Origin: an uncultured Microthrixaceae bacterium
GTDB lineage: Bacteria > Actinomycetota > Acidimicrobiia > Acidimicrobiales > VFJN01
Length of the DNA stretch: 64,000 bases
Direction: 5' to 3'
Assembly: GCA_963715505.1 (NCBI GenBank)
Contig: OY970242.1
Coordinates: 1,551,810 to 1,615,809, forward strand
Shown one piece after another: positions 57,627-64,000 of the stretch. Under the pieces are notes generated by a model. The model was given only the letters and a program-made list of their open reading frames with translations, ran no database searches and had not been told where the DNA came from. Both the position numbers and the translations under genes were made by a program. Position 1 is the stretch's first letter, and each line of letters starts with the position of its first letter.

Positions 57627-58654
57627 GTGCGCACCTCGACCGGGGCTCCACGCATGGCCATCGATCGTGACATGGCCTCGAGGACGGCCACGGTGACCGC
57701 TCCGTGCCGTCCGTCGGTGACGGGTCGCTCACCGGTGGCGCACGCACGACCGAAGGCCTCGAGCTCCACGAGGAGCGGCTCTCGGTAGGGCAGGTGCGGG
57801 ATGACGATGTCGCCGGCCCTGGTCTTCACCTGGAACTCACCCATCGAGGCGTACTCTCCCAACGACTGGTCGCGGGCCACGCCCGCATCGACGATCCAGA
57901 GCTTCTGATCGGGCGAGACGTCGTTGTAGATCGCCATCTGCTCGTCGCCGACCACGGTGAGCAGACGCGTCTTGCGGGGGTCGACCCAGCTCACGTGCAG
58001 GCCGGCACCCTCGCCGCCCGGGAAGCGCATGGTGGCGAAGCAGACGTCCGCGATGCCGGGCTGCACGAAGTCGAACCCGGTGGCGCTGACCTCGACGGGG
58101 CCCGCGCCCATCAGGTGGCAGATGATCGACACATCGTGCGGTGCGAAGTTCCAGAGCGCGTCGCAGTCACGCCGGATGCGGCCGAGGCTGAGGCGCTGCG
58201 ACGACAGGTACTGGACCTTGCCGAGCTGGCCGTCGTCGATGATCTGCTTCAGGTGCCCGACGGGCGAGGAGTAGAGGAACGTGTGGCCCACCATCAGCGT
58301 GAGCCCCGCACGCTCTGCCGCCTCGTTGACCTCGTGGGCGTCCTCGACCCGGAGGGCGAGCGGCTTCTCCACCATCACGTGCCGTCCCGCGTGCAGACAG
58401 GCGAGGGCCAGAGGGTGGTGCGTCGCAGCCGGCGTGGCGAGCACGACGGCGCCGACGGCGGGGTCGGTGAGCGCCTCGTCGAGGGTCTGCCACGTCGTGA
58501 TGCCGCGAAGCGCGCCGGCAGCCGCGGCGCGCGCCGCAGCGTCGGGATCCACCACGCCGATCAGCGACGTCGTGGCCGATGCCACGACGTTCCGGGCGAG
58601 GTTGGCCCCCCAGTAGCCGTAGCCGACGACCGCCACGCCAACCTGGTCACCCAC
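57623..58654 (-). CDS. Gfo/Idh/MocA oxidoreductase (WbpB/WlbA-like)
   Basis: GYGYWG, ATPAATH, EKP, VGH, APHD. Confidence 0.88.
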   Translation of the reverse strand: MGDQVGVAVVGYGYWGANLARNVVASATTSLIGVVDPDAAARAAAAGALRGITTWQTLDEALTDPAVGAVVLATPAATHHPLALACLHAGRHVMVEKPLALRVEDAHEVNEAAERAGLTLMVGHTFLYSSPVGHLKQIIDDGQLGKVQYLSSQRLSLGRIRRDCDALWNFAPHDVSIICHLMGAGPVEVSATGFDFVQPGIADVCFATMRFPGGEGAGLHVSWVDPRKTRLLTVVGDEQMAIYNDVSPDQKLWIVDAGVARDQSLGEYASMGEFQVKTRAGDIVIPHLPYREPLLVELEAFGRACATGERPVTDGRHGAVTVAVLEAMSRSMAMRGAPVEVRT

Positions 58655-58804
58655 CGCGTGGCCTCCTCAGCAGTCCAGCCTGGAACGGCCACACCGTACG
58701 CGAGGCGTGCTCGGCAACACCGACCGGGACCGACGAAGGCGGGCTCGCTCCCTAGGATCGCCGCCATCGCAGCGGCCCCGAACCCCCATGAGCACCAGCG
58801 GACG

Positions 58805-59821
58805 GTGACCGTCATCATCCCGCTGCTCGACGACGTAGCGGGCATCGGCGAGTGCCTCGCATCGATCCGCGCGCAGCGTGGTGCGCAGAGCCGGATCGTC
58901 GAGATCCTCGTAGCCGACGGCGGATCGTCGGACGGATCGAGGGAGCTCGTCCAGGAGATGCGCCGTGACGACGACCGGATCCAGCTGCTCGAGAACCCGG
59001 ACCGGTTCGTGCCCACGGGGCTCAACCAGGCGATCCGCATCGCTCGAGGAGAGGTCATCGTGCGGGTCGACAGCCACACCACCATCGAGCGCGACTACGT
59101 CGACACCGCCGTCGCCGTCCTCGCCGCATCGGATGCGGACGTCGTCGGCGGCCCGATGCGGCCCCGAGGCCAGACGCCGTTCGGGGAAGCGGTGGCCTGG
59201 GCGCTCTGCAGCCGATGGGGCATCGGCGGATCTCGCTTCCACGACGAGACCGCCGAGGGCGAGGCGGACGGCGTGTACCTGGGCGTGTTCCCCCGCGCGA
59301 CCTTCGAGCGGTTCGGGGCCTACGACGTCCGCTTCCAGCGCAACCAGGATGACGAGCTGACCTACCGCATCCGCGAGCAGGGAGGTCGTGTCTGGCTGTC
59401 GCCGACGCTGCGCTCGCGCTACACGCCTCGCCACGACCTTCGCTCGCTCGTGCGCCAGTTCCACGGGTACGGGCGGTTCAAGCCGCTGGTGCTGCGCCTG
59501 CACCCGTCAGGGCTTCGTCTCCGACACCTCGCGCCGCCGGCCGCGACCGTCGGGTGGCTCATGCTCCCCGTGTCGCCCTGGCTGCCCCCGCTGGCGGTCC
59601 CGGCACTCGTGCATGCCGCACTCCTCGTGGCCGTCTCCGTGCGCCCTGGGCTCCGGGGCGCGGCGCACCGGTCCCTTGCGCTGCTCGGGATGCACCTCGG
59701 CTACGGAAGCGGCTTCCTTGCGGGCAGCCCCGCCTTGCTCAGCGGGCGACGAGGACGCCCGCGAGGTGCGTCCGGGCGCCCGGGAGCAGCTCCAGCACGG
59801 CGGCCACCCGCGGAGCCCTGA
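58805..59821 (+). CDS. GT2 glycosyltransferase (ExoA-like)
   Basis: DGGSSDG, GLN.AI, RVDSH, VGG, RNQDDEL.YRI. Confidence 0.88.
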   Translation: MTVIIPLLDDVAGIGECLASIRAQRGAQSRIVEILVADGGSSDGSRELVQEMRRDDDRIQLLENPDRFVPTGLNQAIRIARGEVIVRVDSHTTIERDYVDTAVAVLAASDADVVGGPMRPRGQTPFGEAVAWALCSRWGIGGSRFHDETAEGEADGVYLGVFPRATFERFGAYDVRFQRNQDDELTYRIREQGGRVWLSPTLRSRYTPRHDLRSLVRQFHGYGRFKPLVLRLHPSGLRLRHLAPPAATVGWLMLPVSPWLPPLAVPALVHAALLVAVSVRPGLRGAAHRSLALLGMHLGYGSGFLAGSPALLSGRRGRPRGASGRPGAAPARRPPAEP

Positions 59822-60410
59822 GCAGCCGGCGCGCGATCGGTGGCGCGAGCACCACGCGGCGCAGCTCGACACGGCGGGACGGGAAGAGCGCCGCGACGTC
59901 GCGGCGCTGCACGCCCCGGACGTCGGGGTTGCGTGGGTTGCCGATCGCGAAGTCGAACCAGAGGATGACGCCGCCGGGCCGAAGGACCCGCTCGACCTCG
60001 CCGGCCACCCCAGCCGCCACGCCGTCGTCGAGGATCGAGGAGAACAGCGTCGAGCAGACCACCGTGTCGAGTGCACCGCTCCGCACGGGGAGGTGCCGAC
60101 CGTCGGCAGACACCACGTCGACGAGGGGGTTCAGCGCGAGCGCCGCTTCCAGCCGGGACCGGACGACATCCACGCCCACCGATGGCCGAGCGCCGACCTC
60201 GACCGCCCAGCGCAGCACCGCACCGCTTCCGCACCCGATCTCGAGCGTCGCGCCGAGCTCATGGCCGTGGGCGAGCAGACCCGTCCCCCATGCCGCGCGA
60301 CGGGCGGCGTCGATCGCGACCTGGTCGGGCCGGCGCTGGTCGTAGCGCGCCGCGACAGGCGCTCGTGCCGCGTAGGCGGCGCGCACGCGGTCGAGCTCGT
60401 CGTCAGGCAT
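59739..60410 (-). CDS. SAM-dependent methyltransferase
   Basis: LEIGCGSG, TLFSSI, RVLRPGG, NP.NPDVR. Confidence 0.86.
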   Translation of the reverse strand: MPDDELDRVRAAYAARAPVAARYDQRRPDQVAIDAARRAAWGTGLLAHGHELGATLEIGCGSGAVLRWAVEVGARPSVGVDVVRSRLEAALALNPLVDVVSADGRHLPVRSGALDTVVCSTLFSSILDDGVAAGVAGEVERVLRPGGVILWFDFAIGNPRNPDVRGVQRRDVAALFPSRRVELRRVVLAPPIARRLLRAPRVAAVLELLPGARTHLAGVLVAR

Positions 60411-61086
60411 GGGGGAGCACGCTCGACTCGCGCACCGCTCGCCCCGCCCTGGCCCGCAGGCGCGGCGCTCCCCTGCCGGCGAGCGTCCGGGCGAGCGAGC
60501 GCAGGATCAGGAGGTCGAGCGCCGGCGTCGCGCAGCGGACGTACCACTCGTCGAGCGCCACCTTCACCGGCAGGATCTCGTGACGGTAGGCCGCATCACC
60601 GGTGGTCGACCGCAGCACCTCAGCCTCCCAGCGGTTGACCAGGATCTGCGTCGCGCCGGCGATCCCGGGGGGCGTGGACAGGATCGTGCGCCACCGGTCA
60701 TCGGCGAGATCGACGTAGCCGGGCGCCTCGGGACGCGGCCCGATCAGGGCCATCTCTCCGCGGACCACGTTCACCAGCTGTGGCAGCTCGTCGAGGCGCC
60801 AGCGGCGCAACCGCGCGCCGATCGGCGTGACGCGGTCGTCGTCGCGGGCCGTGAGGTCTGCGCCTCCGGCCAGCCCTCCAGGCGCGCTGGCACGCATGCT
60901 GCGCAGCTTCCACATGCCGAGCAGGTTCCCCGACCGTCCGACGCGCGGGACCCTGACCAGCGCCGGTCCCCCGTCGCCGCGGCGAACCAGCAGCGCCAGG
61001 ATCGCTACCACCGGCGCCACCGGCACCAGGAGCACCGCCGCCACGAGGCGGTCGAGGATCAGGCGTCGCCGAAGCCAGGGACTCAC
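60403..61086 (-). CDS. Initiating sugar-phosphate transferase (PglC/WcaJ-like)
   Basis: KLRSM, DDRVT.IG..LRRWRLDELPQL.NV.RGEM.LIGPRPE. Confidence 0.92.
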   Translation of the reverse strand: MSPWLRRRLILDRLVAAVLLVPVAPVVAILALLVRRGDGGPALVRVPRVGRSGNLLGMWKLRSMRASAPGGLAGGADLTARDDDRVTPIGARLRRWRLDELPQLVNVVRGEMALIGPRPEAPGYVDLADDRWRTILSTPPGIAGATQILVNRWEAEVLRSTTGDAAYRHEILPVKVALDEWYVRCATPALDLLILRSLARTLAGRGAPRLRARAGRAVRESSVLPHA

Positions 61087-62222
61087 GCGAGCACCGACCG
61101 CAGCTCGGCGCAGACGCGGTCCACCTGCGCGTCGCTGAGCGCCGACGACAGCGGCAGGGAGAGCACCCGATCGGCGAGCGACTCGGCCGTCGCGACGCCC
61201 AGCGGCCCGACCTCGGCGTGCGACCGGAACCACTCGAAGCGATGGAGCGGCCGGAAGTGCACCGACGTGGCGATGCCGCGCTCGGCGAGCGCAGCGATGA
61301 CGTCGTCGCGGGCGACCCCGCCGGGCAGGCGCACCACGACAAGGTGGTCAGCGCTCTCGGGCACCAGCGATCCCGGCAGGAAGGCGAGGCCGGGCACGCC
61401 CCCGAGGCCGGCTCGGTAGCGCTCGACCAGGTCTCGACGGCGGGCCTGGAGGCGCTCGAACCGGGCCAGCTGCGAGCGGGCGAGCGTGGCGAGCACGTCA
61501 GGGAGGTTGGCCTTGATGCCCGCAGCGATGAGGTCGTACTGGGCGAAGCGGCCCGGTCGGTAGCGGTCCCAGGCATCGTGCGACATGCCGTGGAGGCGGA
61601 ACGACCTTGCGAAGCGCGCCGTGTCGGCGTCGTCGGTGGCCAGCGCACCGCCCTCGCCGGACGTGAGGTTCTTGGTGGCGTAGAAGGACAGGGCGGCGCC
61701 GGCGGTGCCACGGCCGAGCGCCCGGCCCCGGTGGTCGCTCGCCCCGAGCGCGTGGGCGGCGTCCTCGATGACCGGCACGCCGGCCGACGCGCAGCGCTCG
61801 AGCACCTCCCTGCCGACCGGGACCCCACCGAAGTGGACGGCCACCACGGCGGCCAGCCCGGCCTCGAGTGCCGCTTCGAGCGAGTCGGGTGCCAGGTTCA
61901 GCGTCTCGGGGTCGACATCGAGCAGGACCGGCACGGCGCCGTGGTGGTGTGGCGCGAGGGCGGAGGAGACGAAGGTCCAGGTGGGCACGCCGACGCGCGC
62001 ACCGGGCGGCAGGCCCAGCGCCGCGTAGGCGATCTCGATCGCCGCGGTGCACGACGAGACGGTCACCACGTGCGCCATGCCGAGGTAGCTGGCGAGCTCC
62101 GCTTCGAGGGCCTGCGCCTCCTCGCCGGTGGTCAGCCACCCCGAGCGCAGCACCCGCTCCACGGCCCTGACGTCGTCGTCGTCGATGTCAGGCGGCGCGA
62201 AGGGCACCGGGTCGTCGGGCAT
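61083..62222 (-). CDS. DegT/DnrJ family sugar aminotransferase
   Basis: SGWLTTG, SSCTAA, EDAAHA, SFYATKNLTSGEGG. Confidence 0.92.
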   Translation of the reverse strand: MPDDPVPFAPPDIDDDDVRAVERVLRSGWLTTGEEAQALEAELASYLGMAHVVTVSSCTAAIEIAYAALGLPPGARVGVPTWTFVSSALAPHHHGAVPVLLDVDPETLNLAPDSLEAALEAGLAAVVAVHFGGVPVGREVLERCASAGVPVIEDAAHALGASDHRGRALGRGTAGAALSFYATKNLTSGEGGALATDDADTARFARSFRLHGMSHDAWDRYRPGRFAQYDLIAAGIKANLPDVLATLARSQLARFERLQARRRDLVERYRAGLGGVPGLAFLPGSLVPESADHLVVVRLPGGVARDDVIAALAERGIATSVHFRPLHRFEWFRSHAEVGPLGVATAESLADRVLSLPLSSALSDAQVDRVCAELRSVLA

Positions 62223-62236
62223 CGGCCCGACGTTAC

Positions 62237-64000
<1,764 letters not shown>

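Overview
High-GC actinobacterial chromosome segment (class Acidimicrobiia is a guess from gene style and order). Bases 1-19777 are the right arm of an integrated phage-satellite-like element inserted at the 3' end of tRNA-Leu(GAG). It carries a large serine recombinase, a CGNR-type Zn-finger regulator, a Cro-like HTH, an AAA_25 helicase, a GGTTCC-iteron putative origin, terminase small and large subunits, WhiB, an RHH protein, a 1374-aa tape measure protein and an EAL cargo gene. No portal, capsid or tail-tube gene is visible, but the left end is outside the window. The rest is host DNA: secG, a peptide ABC transporter operon, tpiA/pgk/gap, yvcK-rapZ (no whiA), uvrC, nadA, partial uvrA, two complete IS elements (IS481, IS630) and two surface-glycan gene blocks with an Flp pilin. 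Best leads: (1) the capsid-less element with terminase and tape measure protein; (2) a structured nadA leader resembling an NAD+-class I riboswitch aptamer in a non-Acidobacteria host. All calls come from reading motifs by eye; no database searches were run.
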